A DNA stretch of 64,000 nucleotides from an uncultured Ignavibacteriaceae bacterium (GTDB taxonomy: Bacteria > Zixibacteria > MSB-5A5 > GN15 > PGXB01). Where the stretch lies: positions 4,676 to 68,675 of the forward strand of contig CAYXTW010000003.1 of assembly GCA_964467955.1 (NCBI GenBank), given 5' to 3'. Below are positions 39,801 to 48,718 of this stretch, piece after piece (within the stretch, counting starts at the first letter, position 1; each line of letters starts with the position of its first letter). A program made the translations under genes and the position numbers. Below the pieces are notes generated by a model. It was not told the origin of the DNA. It was given only the letters and a program-made list of their open reading frames with translations, and did not search any database.

Positions 39801-42800
39801 CGGAAACAGCCACAGTGGGATCATCCGGAGTAATATCAAGCGGGATGCAAATCTCCTGCAAACCGCACAAATTATAATCAAACGGTTCCGACGGACAATT
39901 GATTTCGGCTATCTCACCGACAACAACATCGATAACGGTCGTATCCACACCTGTCGCATAACAGGAATCGGTCGCCGTAACGATAATCGTATCAATCCCG
40001 GGACCATCAGGAGTATAACAGACTTTACCCGTAATCGAGTCATAGACGGTGCTTTCATTGGTGGAAATTATAAATAAATTGTTATCATAATCGGTAATAT
40101 TGACATCGAAACAGATTTCCTCAAGTCCGCACAGGAGAACTCCGAAATCATCGGCCGAACTCACCAACGGAGCAGAATTAAACATGATAGCGATTACGGT
40201 CGTATCGGCCGACATGACGCCGCATTCATCGGTCGCCTCAATAATAAATGTATAATCACCGGCTCCGGTCGGAGTGAAGCATACATAACCGTTATCATAA
40301 GAACCCTCGCCAATAAGAGTTATATCCGTTATATTATGTTCAAGGTCACTGATCTCAACCGGGAAACAAAACTCGGTCGGCTCACACATAAAGATAGTGT
40401 CATTGGTCGCCGAAATGATAATCGGCGGACTATTCAGTTCTACGCCAATACCTATCAAGGCCGTATCGGCTCCGCATCCATCAGCGGCCTCAATCGAGAA
40501 CCAATATATGCCTGAGGATAAATCAGCAGTAAAGCTTATTTCACCGGTGTTCGGATCGATTGTACCAAAAGATGAAAGCAACGCAAAAGTAATCGGATCC
40601 CCTTCATTATCAATGGCCTTAACCTTATAATTGAAAACTTCACTGGCCTCGCAGCTGAAGAAAGCGGTATCGCCCGACACAATTTGCGGCGCGCTATTAA
40701 ATATAACATCGACACCAAAATGGCAGCTGTCAAGGCCACAGTCAGTTTCCGCCTTTACGAAAATTTCATAAAATCCGGAAGTGTCAACTTCAAAACAGAC
40801 CTCACCGTTATCATACACACCGACAGGACTTACAGTCACGACGGCGTTCTGCGGCAACAATCCCACCGGGCGACAAATCTGATCGGCGCCGCACAATTCG
40901 ACTGATGTATCCGCCGGGCAGGTCAGCTGCGGAATTTCGCCGATGCTGATGTCAAATACAACCTGACAGGTGTCGGAACCGCAATCGGCGGTGGCAATAA
41001 CATCTATTATATACGTTCCCGTCGTATCGGGCGTAAAACATATCTCTCCATCATGGTACGTAACACCATCGGGAACGGTCACGACGGCATCAAGCGGCGC
41101 AATTGTCAACGGCTCGCAGATTTCTTCCTGACCGCAAATACTTCGACTGATTGGTTCTTCGGGACAATCTATAAAGGCGGCATCACCGGTCGTAACGGTA
41201 ATGACCGTGGTATCGACATCAGAAGTATAACATGAATCAGTTACGGTCACAGCGATCTCATAGACTCCGGGACTATCGGGAGTGAAACAAATTTGCTTAT
41301 TTACTGAATCATAAACCGCCGCCTGATTCGTACTGACAATAAAAATATTATTATCCGGGTCAATTATATCGACATCGAAGCAAATTTCTTCGAAGTCGCA
41401 TTGGAATACCTCAAAATCGTCGGCCGTAACCACCTGCGGAGGAGTGTTAAGAACAATCGTAATGACGGTCGTATCGGATGCCGTATTACCGCAGGAGTCG
41501 GATGCCTCGATTATAAAAGTAAACTCACCGGAAGCTTGCGGAGTGAAACAGACATAACCGTTCGAGTAAGTACCATCACCTGTCAAAGAGATTGATTGAT
41601 TATCATTATCCGGATCGGTTACCGAGACCGGGAAACAGTAATCACTCAGCTCGCACATAAAGATTGATGTATCCGGCGATGAGACCACCACCGGTGAACT
41701 GCCAAGGCTGACGTCGACATTTATAGTATCCGCACCTTTGGCCCCGCATTCATCGACGGCGGACACAGTCAGGTTATAAACTCCATCGGAATCCGGTGTG
41801 AAACATATCTGTTCATTTCCGGCATCATAAAAACCGGTCGGTGAAACCGTCACGTTGAAAAGATTAAAATTGACGTCGAAAATTTCGACATCGAGACAAA
41901 TTTGTTCCGGCCGGCACAGGTCAACAGCTGTATCCGCCGGCAAGCTGACGACCGGCTTGGCGTTGATTATGACGGCGACATTCACCGAATCGGTATCTTC
42001 GGCACCACAGGAATCAACGGCGTGAACAACAATCGGATACGTCCCTGAAACTGTCGGCGTAAAACAAACTCGCCCCAAATCAGGATTGTAAAATCCGTCT
42101 CGGGTTATAAAAGTATTTTCGATATTGCCGTCCATATCGGTTACTCCCACCGGTATACAAATCTCCTGCGGCTCACAAATAAATATCGATGTATCCGGCG
42201 GCGCCATTACCAGCGGCGGGGAGTTTAAAGTGACATTGACTGAAAATTCGCAACTGGTCAGACCGCAGCCGGTTTCGATGACAACCGTAATATCTTTTTT
42301 CACCGAGCAGTTGGTATAAAAACAAATCGACTGATTATCAGCATCATACCATACCGATTGCGGAAATATCGTCACATTCCCCCCGGGAAGTTCACCGATT
42401 GGAATACAAATCGTGTCCGGCTCACATATAAATACATCACTGTCATCTGGGCATTCAATCGACGGCGGCTCTCCATAAACGACCGTAACAACTACCGTAT
42501 CATACGGAATGGGAGGGCAGGCCATGTCTTTCGGTAATTCGCCGCGCAGACATTTATCTGTGGCCTCGTAAATAAAAACATAGTCGGCCGAGTCGACGGC
42601 ATCGGGCAGAAAGCAGGTAACACCGCCGGTATCGCTGGTCATGGTAAATGTCCCCGGCCCAGCTGTCTGGCTAATAATGAGAGAATCGTATTCAAGGTCG
42701 GGATCAAAAGCATCGATATCAAAACAGATTGTATCGGGCTGGCATATAACGAATTTTCGGTCCGGATTATTAAAGCTCGGAAACGTATTCCATTGAGCAT

Positions 42801-43575
42801 TTATACATATCACAGCGGTATCGGCAGAACAGCCATCGGAAGCTTCAAATGTATGGCAATTCTCACCCATTAAATCCGTCCAGAAACGAAACCAGCCGGT
42901 AACGGAATCAATATAACCGTTGTCCGATAGTACTCGGTACGTGACTTGGTCATTATCCGGGTCGTCAGCCTCTACATAAATGTCAAAAAAGTCATTGTCG
43001 TAACAATTATAAAGACTGGTATCACCGGTTATTATTACCGGCGGCTGATTTTCATATACAACATATGTTCGCGTCGCAAAAAGAGTGTCGCCAGCATCAT
43101 TGTACGCCATAAAGGTGACATCAGAGCTGCCCGCTGATATCGGCGTATATTCATAATATCCGTAGGCAGGCGGAATTGATGGCGTCGATTCAAAATCGCC
43201 CGGCCCCGATGTTTTTTCAAGATTGATTATCGATTGCAAATCTTTGCCGGAGACTATAATCGTATCATAAATAGTTGTCCCGAGACAAACATCGATTATG
43301 TCATCGAAATTATTGAAATACAGCTGGCTGTCGGGGCAGCTACTACCGTCCGACGGCAGCGGCTGGCCGATATCGATGGCCTCGATGTCTCCACTCACCG
43401 GAACGCTCGATACCGTACCGTTCGTTTTATAATTCCCCCCGATTGATACCTGATCGGCCGTATCATAAACGGCGGCTTCCGGGGTTTTTGCCTGAACATA
43501 GGTGCCAATCGTAATAGCGGCTATAAGAAAGATTAAAGAAACCGCGGCCTTTTTTAGCCGTGTTCGTCTAATCAT
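33847..43575 (-). CDS. Giant (3242 aa) secreted cell-surface protein: signal peptide, about 30 tandem roughly 85-aa Cys-containing HYR/Ig-like repeats, a cohesin-like domain, a type-I dockerin, and a T9SS type-A C-terminal sorting domain
   Basis: RBS GGAGGAAAG before ATG 43575. Signal peptide is MIRRTRLKKAAVSLIFLIAAITIGTYVQA. The repeats share the pattern PPxhxCPxDTxxFxCxxxxICFPVxhxDxDxNhxxh...G.YxxGxhCFTPxxxGxYxhxhxAxDxCGxxxxDTxhhTV. Dockerin Ca-loops are DLNLNGVPYEIADAVIY and DVNADGYALTVADLVYL. C-terminal ...VSQNYPNPFNPMTSIDLSLP...GVYLYRVEAGN... is Por_Secre_tail. Confidence 0.8.
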   Translation of the reverse strand: MIRRTRLKKAAVSLIFLIAAITIGTYVQAKTPEAAVYDTADQVSIGGNYKTNGTVSSVPVSGDIEAIDIGQPLPSDGSSCPDSQLYFNNFDDIIDVCLGTTIYDTIIVSGKDLQSIINLEKTSGPGDFESTPSIPPAYGYYEYTPISAGSSDVTFMAYNDAGDTLFATRTYVVYENQPPVIITGDTSLYNCYDNDFFDIYVEADDPDNDQVTYRVLSDNGYIDSVTGWFRFWTDLMGENCHTFEASDGCSADTAVICINAQWNTFPSFNNPDRKFVICQPDTICFDIDAFDPDLEYDSLIISQTAGPGTFTMTSDTGGVTCFLPDAVDSADYVFIYEATDKCLRGELPKDMACPPIPYDTVVVTVVYGEPPSIECPDDSDVFICEPDTICIPIGELPGGNVTIFPQSVWYDADNQSICFYTNCSVKKDITVVIETGCGLTSCEFSVNVTLNSPPLVMAPPDTSIFICEPQEICIPVGVTDMDGNIENTFITRDGFYNPDLGRVCFTPTVSGTYPIVVHAVDSCGAEDTDSVNVAVIINAKPVVSLPADTAVDLCRPEQICLDVEIFDVNFNLFNVTVSPTGFYDAGNEQICFTPDSDGVYNLTVSAVDECGAKGADTINVDVSLGSSPVVVSSPDTSIFMCELSDYCFPVSVTDPDNDNQSISLTGDGTYSNGYVCFTPQASGEFTFIIEASDSCGNTASDTTVITIVLNTPPQVVTADDFEVFQCDFEEICFDVDIIDPDNNIFIVSTNQAAVYDSVNKQICFTPDSPGVYEIAVTVTDSCYTSDVDTTVITVTTGDAAFIDCPEEPISRSICGQEEICEPLTIAPLDAVVTVPDGVTYHDGEICFTPDTTGTYIIDVIATADCGSDTCQVVFDISIGEIPQLTCPADTSVELCGADQICRPVGLLPQNAVVTVSPVGVYDNGEVCFEVDTSGFYEIFVKAETDCGLDSCHFGVDVIFNSAPQIVSGDTAFFSCEASEVFNYKVKAIDNEGDPITFALLSSFGTIDPNTGEISFTADLSSGIYWFSIEAADGCGADTALIGIGVELNSPPIIISATNDTIFMCEPTEFCFPVEISDLEHNITDITLIGEGSYDNGYVCFTPTGAGDYTFIIEATDECGVMSADTTVIAIMFNSAPLVSSADDFGVLLCGLEEICFDVNITDYDNNLFIISTNESTVYDSITGKVCYTPDGPGIDTIIVTATDSCYATGVDTTVIDVVVGEIAEINCPSEPFDYNLCGLQEICIPLDITPDDPTVAVSEGAYYSNGELCITPDTSGTYIIKVIATADCGADSCDIIFNVQLNQPAEITCPDEPIYESICPGETVCYPLTITPDNAVITIPDYATYTDGDLCFMPDTAGTYNMEIIAAAECGADTCQLAFVVDLGEPARIECPVDQIVESICNPDTICYNLPIYPVDAHVTVPEGTYYDGQNLCFMADTTGVYNFEVIASTECGADTCNLQFSVEIGEAPQVICPPDTALKLCSPETICRPVVITPSDAIVTVSPMGMYAGGMVCFDAETSGSYVINVEAENECGKVDCSFTVDVVINVPPEIISADTEYFICDPGMTIEYMIHAADSDDAPLTFGLNSEFGQINSETGLLSFVADTAGSYCFEAVALDSCSADTAMICITVDLNSPPVVVSGPDSTITVCAWDREICVPVDVSDIDENINSIETSPGSYSNGFVCFTPTGPGEYNVVTTLTDECGALDSDTTVVTVIAGQAINLDCPVDTSVFICGPDTLCFPINGIPDDAKISIFPPSAWYDADDGTICFYTNCEVEKNLKIVAANDCGIDSCEFTVSVTMNSRPLVLLPPSKTMTLCGEGEICIPVGIADADDNLVDIAFWPEGAVYNPISGRICFTPTAAGEYVVKVTATDACGSTDSDSTIITVIMNSAPTITSAEDFAVYLCEPTEICFAVDINDVDKNLQAVTVSPDGDYNAETGEVCFTPQSSGLYNIEISATDSCGKTASAATTVMVTLNSPPTVNIEPYTSVVVCNYDPLCLPLIVNDVDNNLDSIIVTGANLVNEFVCLEDVTPGIHEIIISAYDSCRAVTIDTAIVEVILNSPPVVRAANDFDIFQCQFEEICFDATVSDPDNNIIIVSTDLGTYDSETGQVCFTPDDTGTYRIIITAVDDCQRSASDTIFIRVTSNEAADIDCPLDPIDFSYCGTTTICYPISFTPDDAVISTIPEGVYEDGQLCFEADTSGTYSIEVTAESECGTDMCTFEFAVNIGQAAQVICPSDTSIFLCGPETICLPVSIMPDYAEVTVLPFGQYSAGEICFMADTAGHYAFDLLAETDCGDDSCRFDVDVIFNTPPVVDAGNDTAYFQCDFEEICRSVSIIDTDNDIDSVVVAPVGYYNSNLGFVCFTPEDTGTYCLTVTAYDECKDSGSDEVCIIVTTGPAAEIERPTEPFNVSLCVPEEICIPLVIAPASAEVSPSFGNYSDGQLCFTADTAGTYIIDVVASEICGADTCQVTVNVTFNEYVEIICPDLAINKVLCGPSNISVLLPISPISATVTVTPIGQYSFADSLLTFMADTSGHYEITVIAQSPCNADTCTVRANVAILNPPQITCPGDIDTLLCFTDSTDICFEVELTGDSIDVVVRPAGSYDDGMVCVPITDEGTQTVTVVASSVCGVDSCSLDITVTRNQTPELTIPEDIMAPWCSNDTGQICIDGIFAVDPDGNPLTITKTCGPGTYTPIRDDSGVVCFTPDNIDTTYEFCLEAYDGCSTDSKSLFVTVFPSAICSVCVNVSIETDSCVVVGSRVPVRVKVQTNDLIAGFDLLIGYDNSGMSFLNVNKGPAIPDWEYFTYRLSTEGNCGSNCPSGLIRLVGIADQNDGPHHPPQDQLTPEGVVANITMIVSNDQTIGGQYLPISFYWLDCGDNSFADPTGELQYVEARIYNYSGHIIWEESDDIHYPEESRPIGFGTPDSCMIGDKVSPVRCIYFYNGGICVKHPEDIDARGDLNLNGVPYEIADAVIYTNFFIYGMAAFTINPDGQMAASDVNADGYALTVADLVYLIRIIVGDALAIPRLSPNFARMELSVESNNGGISINAESYCNVGAGVLVFEYDGINPAIPQLGEMAEGMDYIYSINDSEIRVLIYSLEYGRAIGIGDGNLLNINCNGSGDIRLKEFSFATFHGDMMQTKIKSALVPDRFEVSQNYPNPFNPMTSIDLSLPAACTWTMTIYNINGQAIRKISRHDEAGVVTIEWDGTNDFGQSVASGVYLYRVEAGNHAVSKKMILLK

Positions 43576-44213
43576 CTTTCCTCCATAGATAATAAAAATC
43601 TCTCCTGTGAATCTTGGCTTCGGCGGTAATGGGGTTACAGGATTTCTGCTTCAATCATTATGACATTCAATCTCTTCTTCTTACCTGCCTCGGCTATTGG
43701 GTGAGGAACTAAGGCTGGTAATAATTTCCGGCGAGTACTACCACAAAACCACAATAAATATATCCCAAAACGCCGATAAGTCAAGAATTTTCTGGAAATC
43801 TATTCCGCCCGAAAGTCGTTTTCTGACATTCTATTAACGAATCTTTACGGGTCTTCAACATCTTCTCCTTTCGTCCAAAATCATCCCATGCAATCCGACA
43901 TAAAACTATAGATTGCCATTGCTATTTCAGCAACTGGCTTGCCTTCCTGATACAGGCAAAATTTTCCGGATTACCAATCGAAAACTGTTCAGTAATTAAT
44001 CATATCCGTCATTTATAGATGGGAAATAATAATTCGTAACACAAATGAATCAAGCAGGTTACGCCGATTATCCCGGAGGTTTATATCTAAGGATTGTATT
44101 CCGCCGGCAATGAGTACGTCCGGCCGATTGTCTGACTCCCTGAAAGCAGCCTCACTATTTATGCATTTGATTTCACAAAATACTGCTTTCGGAGCGGAAT
44201 TTCATATAAAAAT

Positions 44214-44244
44214 GGGCGGAGGCTGTGATGGCCGCCGCCCTTTT
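44214..44244. terminator. Rho-independent terminator downstream of the SPFH gene (minus strand); hairpin is flanked by A-run and T-run
   Basis: GGGCGGAGGC-tgtgat-GGCCGCCGCCC with TTTT on the plus side and TATAAAAAT (reads TTTTTATA on the minus strand) on the other. Confidence 0.5.
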
Positions 44245-44257
44245 AGAGGTGATGATC

Positions 44258-45079
44258 TTATTTCCCGGTATCGAGAATTACCGGTAGTCCATTATCGGAT
44301 TTACCGATTATTATGATTTTGGTATTAGGCGATTCGGCCAGCTTTTCAGTGGCCTCGATACCCTTCCATGTCAGAAGCGACGGTGTCACGCCGGATGCAA
44401 CGATTTTTTGAAAATCGGCTATACCCTTGGCTTCAATGCGCTTTCGTTCCGCCTCCTGACTCTCCTTTTGCAGAACAAATTCCATCTTTTGTGCATCCTG
44501 ATCGGCAGCCAGTTTGAAATTAATTGCCTCGGTAATTTTGGGCGGCAGTGTAACGTTACGAATGATAACATTCTCTACCATAATAAACTTCTGGCTGATT
44601 ATCTTTTGCATCTCTGTCAATATTTCCCCTGATATAGCTTCGCGCTTGGATGAATATATTTCCTCCGGCTTATACTTGCCCACCACGCTTCGCGCGACAC
44701 CCCGAAGCGCCGGGGCCACAGCCACATTGTAGTAATCCTTTCCAACCGTCACCTGAAGTGAATCCAATTTATCGGGCATCGGACGAAACCAGATTGTAAC
44801 CTCCAACCCGATTGAAGCCCCGTCCGAGGAAAGAACATGTAAGTCTTCGCGCCGCTCATCCAATTGAGTCTTATAGACAAACATGCTGTTCCACGGGAAG
44901 TGCCAGTTGAATCCTTCGGGATAGATTCGGCCCATTTCTGTTCCATCTCCGAATTTGGAATAAAATACCCCCCTGTGCCCCGAGGGTATCTGCGTTCCGC
45001 AGCCGATAATCCCCGACATAAATATCAGGATTATCAGGAGCGGCAGTAGTTTCGCTTGGTTGAATTTCTTGGCCCGCAT
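44258..45079 (-). CDS. SPFH/band-7 (prohibitin/stomatin-like) family lipoprotein
   Basis: 273 aa. Lipobox ...MSGIIGC, then a band-7 core (GHRGVFYSKFG...VLSSDGASIGLEVTIWFRP...) and a coiled-coil EAERKRIEAKGIADFQK. Confidence 0.8.
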   Translation of the reverse strand: MRAKKFNQAKLLPLLIILIFMSGIIGCGTQIPSGHRGVFYSKFGDGTEMGRIYPEGFNWHFPWNSMFVYKTQLDERREDLHVLSSDGASIGLEVTIWFRPMPDKLDSLQVTVGKDYYNVAVAPALRGVARSVVGKYKPEEIYSSKREAISGEILTEMQKIISQKFIMVENVIIRNVTLPPKITEAINFKLAADQDAQKMEFVLQKESQEAERKRIEAKGIADFQKIVASGVTPSLLTWKGIEATEKLAESPNTKIIIIGKSDNGLPVILDTGK

Positions 45080-45174
45080 ACAACCTCCATGTTTAAAGTT
45101 AGTTAAAGTCCATCTTGTACTTATAAATAGTATTAAATGAGAATTGTAATATCAAGGTAAAACTGGGAAAGGTA

Positions 45175-46083
45175 TCAGATATCTACCTTAAAGGGGATGA
45201 TGACATCGGAATATCTGATACGAGTCGTGTAAATCTGCTGCATACCGCCGACTGTCACCGTATCGATTCTCTCGAAATAGGGGCCTTCGAATGTAATCAA
45301 CCGATAAAACTTATCACTGCCTGGCGGCGTTCTCCAACCGCCAGTATAATTCGATCCGTCGCTGCTTAAACTTATATTCCGCCGGACACCGTCATTCGTT
45401 TCGGCAAAAAGGATATCCCTGTTTACACTTCGGTAAGTCAGGGTGTCACCGCGGGGGAGCTTGACTATATTATTTTTAAATATAAAATAAAAGCCCATTT
45501 TGCTTCTAATCGTACTTTTAACATCAATAACGTCACCGCTTTGAAAAGCGGAAAACGAACCACCGCTCCCCGGCAGCAAAGTCCCGTATTGCCGGGGATC
45601 AAGATTGTCTACGCCGTAACCCCAAAAACGCCAGCCATGAAAAGAATTATCGTCAGTGAACAATTTAAGAAAATACGCATATCTTGTCACGGCAATCTCG
45701 AGGTGACGATATATTGAAGTATCCGCACCGACGATCCTGTGCAGCGTACCATAAAGTGTATCATTGATGCGAACCACGGCATCATAAATATCCTCAAAAC
45801 CATACATACTTGCCTGCCCGCCGATATCGACTTGATAATATCTCCGGCCGGATTCCAGCTCGTAGAAGTAGTAGAAGCCGTTTTGGAAAAAGGATTCAGA
45901 CCGTTCCGGATATAGATAGAAAGAAAATAGTTCCTGGCCTTCCTGAGTATTATTTATGAAGTTTACCATCTCTTGCTGATAAGAAGTACTCACCACCGTC
46001 GGCTTCCGGCCACAGCCGGAAATAATAAGCGCAGAAAACAGTAGTAGAATTGTGCTATTCTTATGTAATATACTGATAATCAT
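45175..46083 (-). CDS. Hypothetical lipoprotein
   Basis: 302 aa. Signal peptide with lipobox LIISGC. No recognisable domains. 4-nt overlap with uvrB upstream. Confidence 0.4.
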   Translation of the reverse strand: MIISILHKNSTILLLFSALIISGCGRKPTVVSTSYQQEMVNFINNTQEGQELFSFYLYPERSESFFQNGFYYFYELESGRRYYQVDIGGQASMYGFEDIYDAVVRINDTLYGTLHRIVGADTSIYRHLEIAVTRYAYFLKLFTDDNSFHGWRFWGYGVDNLDPRQYGTLLPGSGGSFSAFQSGDVIDVKSTIRSKMGFYFIFKNNIVKLPRGDTLTYRSVNRDILFAETNDGVRRNISLSSDGSNYTGGWRTPPGSDKFYRLITFEGPYFERIDTVTVGGMQQIYTTRIRYSDVIIPFKVDI

Positions 46084-48167
46084 TTTCTTCTGCGCTTATT
46101 TTTAAGTTCTGCTTTAATAGCTCTGATTTCGTCCCGGAGGGCTGTGGCGGTTTCGAATTCGAGATTATCGGCCGCCTTTTTCATCGCTTTCAATAAAAAC
46201 GCGATTCTGTCTTCGGAGGTCATCTCGCTGAAGAAGTCAGGCTTTTCGAACTCGGTCTTTACTTCAGTTTTGGAATCAGCGAAGCGGGTCGCTTTCAGGA
46301 TTTCATCGCGTGTCTTATATATCGTCTCGGGATTAATATTGTGCTCAATATTATACTCCATTTGCTTTTTCCGGCGCCGGTCAGTTTCATCAATCGCTTT
46401 TTTCATCGAATCGGTGATCTTGTCGGCGTAAAAAATGACCTCACCGTTCTTATTGCGAGCGGCGCGCCCGGCCGTCTGAATAAGGGAGCGCTCCGACCTT
46501 AAAAATCCTTCTTTGTCGGCGTCCAGAATCGCCACCAGGGAGACTTCGGGAAGATCGAGCCCTTCACGAAGAAGATTTATCCCGACCAGGACATCAAACT
46601 CGGATAATCTCAAATCTCGTATCAATTCAGTTCGGTCGATGGCGTCGATTTCGCTATGCAGATAGCGCACCCGTATATCCAGTTTACTGAGATAATCGGC
46701 GAGGTCTTCGGCCATTCTTTTTGTCAGCGTCGTCACCAGAATCCTTTCCCTGACTGATACTCTACGGCGGATTTCCTCAATCAGATTATCAACCTGAGTG
46801 CTTAATTCCCGAACGGATATCCTGGGATCGCATAATCCGGTCGGGCGAATAACCTGCTCGACAATTACCCCACCGGTTTTTTCGAGTTCATAATCGGCCG
46901 GTGTCGCCGATACAAATATGACTCTATTTATAAGAGCTTCGAATTCGTCAAAAAAAAGCGGCCGATTATCCAGGGCCGACGGCAGCCGGAAACCATGCTC
47001 GACCAGGACTTCCTTGCGCGAGCGATCGCCGGCATACATTCCGCGTATTTGCGGGACCGTCTGATGTGATTCATCGATTATCATCAGAAAATCATCGGGG
47101 AAAAAATCGATCAGCGTCGCCGGCCTTTCACCGGCCTTTCGCCCGGTCAAATGCCGGGAATAATTCTCGATACCGCTGCAATAGCCGATTTCCTTCATCA
47201 TCTCCAGATCATAATTTGTCCGCGACTCCAGCCTTTGGGCTTCCAGAAGCTTGTTCTGATTGCGAAGTTCCTGCAATCGCGCTTCCAATTCTTCCTCTAT
47301 CTGCACGATGGCCCTTTCCATTTGCGGAGGCGTCGTCACAAAGTGTTTGGCCGGGTATATAGCGATCTTGTTACGCTCCGATATTATCTGGCCGGTCAAA
47401 GGATCGATTTCCGATATCCGTTCGATTTCATCGCCGAACATTTCAATCCGAAGCGCTGTTTCCTGATAGGCCGGGATCAGTTCAATAGTATCACCCATCA
47501 CCCGGAAATTGCCGCGCGAGAAATCGATATCATTTCGGTTATAATGGATATTAATCAAGGACTTGATGATATTATCCCGATCTACCTGCTGCCCCCGCTC
47601 GAGGAACAACAGGAGTTTTTTATAATCGGCCGGCGATCCCAGGCCGTAAATACAGGATACGGAGGCAACGATTATAACATCATCGCGCTCCAACAATGAA
47701 GCGGTTGCCCTTAACCTCAGCCGGTCGATATCCTCATTCATGGAGGTATCTTTTTCGATATACGTATCCGTCGTCGGCAGATAAGCCTCCGGTTGATAAT
47801 AATCATAATAGCTGATAAAAAATTCGACCGCATTATGCGGAAAAAACGCCTTCAACTCGCCGAATAATTGCGCGGCCAGCGTTTTATTATGCGAAATAAC
47901 CAGTGTCGGGCGGCGATATTGAGCAATGACATTGGCTATCGTAAAGGTCTTCCCGGAACCGGTAACACCCAATAAAGTCTGGAATTTTTCATTGTTTCTA
48001 AGTCCGGCCATCAGCTGATCGATGGCCGTCGGCTGATCGCCGCAAGGCGAGTAGCCGGAAACCAGCCTGAAATCAGTATTTCCTCTAAAATGGCTTTTCA
48101 TCCGAGGTTTATAAACCTCTTTTTCATTTTTGTGCCGCATTATTGAGCCAATATACATCATACTCAC
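46080..48167 (-). CDS. uvrB: Excinuclease ABC subunit B
   Basis: 695 aa. Helicase motifs ([13 protein letters not shown]), the beta-hairpin region, and the C-terminal UvrB/UvrC interaction helix ([15 protein letters not shown]). Confidence 0.9.
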   Translation of the reverse strand: MSMMYIGSIMRHKNEKEVYKPRMKSHFRGNTDFRLVSGYSPCGDQPTAIDQLMAGLRNNEKFQTLLGVTGSGKTFTIANVIAQYRRPTLVISHNKTLAAQLFGELKAFFPHNAVEFFISYYDYYQPEAYLPTTDTYIEKDTSMNEDIDRLRLRATASLLERDDVIIVASVSCIYGLGSPADYKKLLLFLERGQQVDRDNIIKSLINIHYNRNDIDFSRGNFRVMGDTIELIPAYQETALRIEMFGDEIERISEIDPLTGQIISERNKIAIYPAKHFVTTPPQMERAIVQIEEELEARLQELRNQNKLLEAQRLESRTNYDLEMMKEIGYCSGIENYSRHLTGRKAGERPATLIDFFPDDFLMIIDESHQTVPQIRGMYAGDRSRKEVLVEHGFRLPSALDNRPLFFDEFEALINRVIFVSATPADYELEKTGGVIVEQVIRPTGLCDPRISVRELSTQVDNLIEEIRRRVSVRERILVTTLTKRMAEDLADYLSKLDIRVRYLHSEIDAIDRTELIRDLRLSEFDVLVGINLLREGLDLPEVSLVAILDADKEGFLRSERSLIQTAGRAARNKNGEVIFYADKITDSMKKAIDETDRRRKKQMEYNIEHNINPETIYKTRDEILKATRFADSKTEVKTEFEKPDFFSEMTSEDRIAFLLKAMKKAADNLEFETATALRDEIRAIKAELKNKRRRK

Positions 48168-48397
48168 TTTCCTGCAAGCACATTATAGAACGCGCTTGCC
48201 GCTACCTCTGTTCAAATTTTGATTTGAAACGGACAGCCCTTTTAAATGTTTAATATACAAACGGGATAATTAACATAAGGGATATATTCATACTAATGCC
48301 GCACGGCGAATTTTATCTTGACAGTAAGCGGCAAAAACATAAGTTTAAGCCTTTGAAAAACGGCTTATGGTGTCTGATCTTAAAAGGAGGATAAAAA

Positions 48398-48718
48398 ATG
48401 TTTGCGGTATTCGAATCAGGAGGATTACAATTCAGAGTGGAGGAAGGTACGGCGGTTAAGATTCCGCATTTGACAGCCTCTCCCGGTGATACGGTCTCAA
48501 TCGATAAGGTTTTATTGATAGACGACGGCGAGAATTCAATGGTCGGTACGCCTTATCTTGACTCAGCCTTAATTGAAGCCGAAATATTGAACGAAGGGCT
48601 GGCCAAAAAAATCGATGTCTATAAGTTTAAAAAGCGAACCAATTACCGCCGGTTACGCGGGCATCGTCAAAAATTTACCGAAATCAAAATCAAGAAGATT
48701 ACGCCGCCTAAAAGTTGA
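48398..48718 (+). CDS. rplU: 50S ribosomal protein L21
   Basis: 106 aa. MFAVFESGGLQFRVEEG... is a canonical L21 N-terminus. RBS AAGGAGG sits 8 nt upstream. Confidence 0.9.
   Translation: MFAVFESGGLQFRVEEGTAVKIPHLTASPGDTVSIDKVLLIDDGENSMVGTPYLDSALIEAEILNEGLAKKIDVYKFKKRTNYRRLRGHRQKFTEIKIKKITPPKS

Noticed and set aside
35000-43000. Periodic roughly 255-bp DNA repeats, considered as a possible CRISPR array or mobile-element tandem repeats.
   Set aside because: The repeats are long, divergent (not identical direct repeats with unique spacers) and in frame. They encode homologous protein domains, so they are coding tandem duplications.
33847-43575. Dozens of short plus-strand and alternative-frame ORFs in the ORF track lying inside the giant minus-strand gene (for example 38567..39010, 38857..39429, 39667..40077).
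   Set aside because: They are embedded antisense or out of frame within a continuous 3242-aa reading frame with clear domain periodicity. They have no RBS or signal features and are low-complexity translations of the repeat DNA.
44110-44316. 68-aa plus-strand ORF upstream of the giant gene.
   Set aside because: It overlaps the SPFH gene's terminator hairpin and 3' end, has no RBS, and its product is low complexity.
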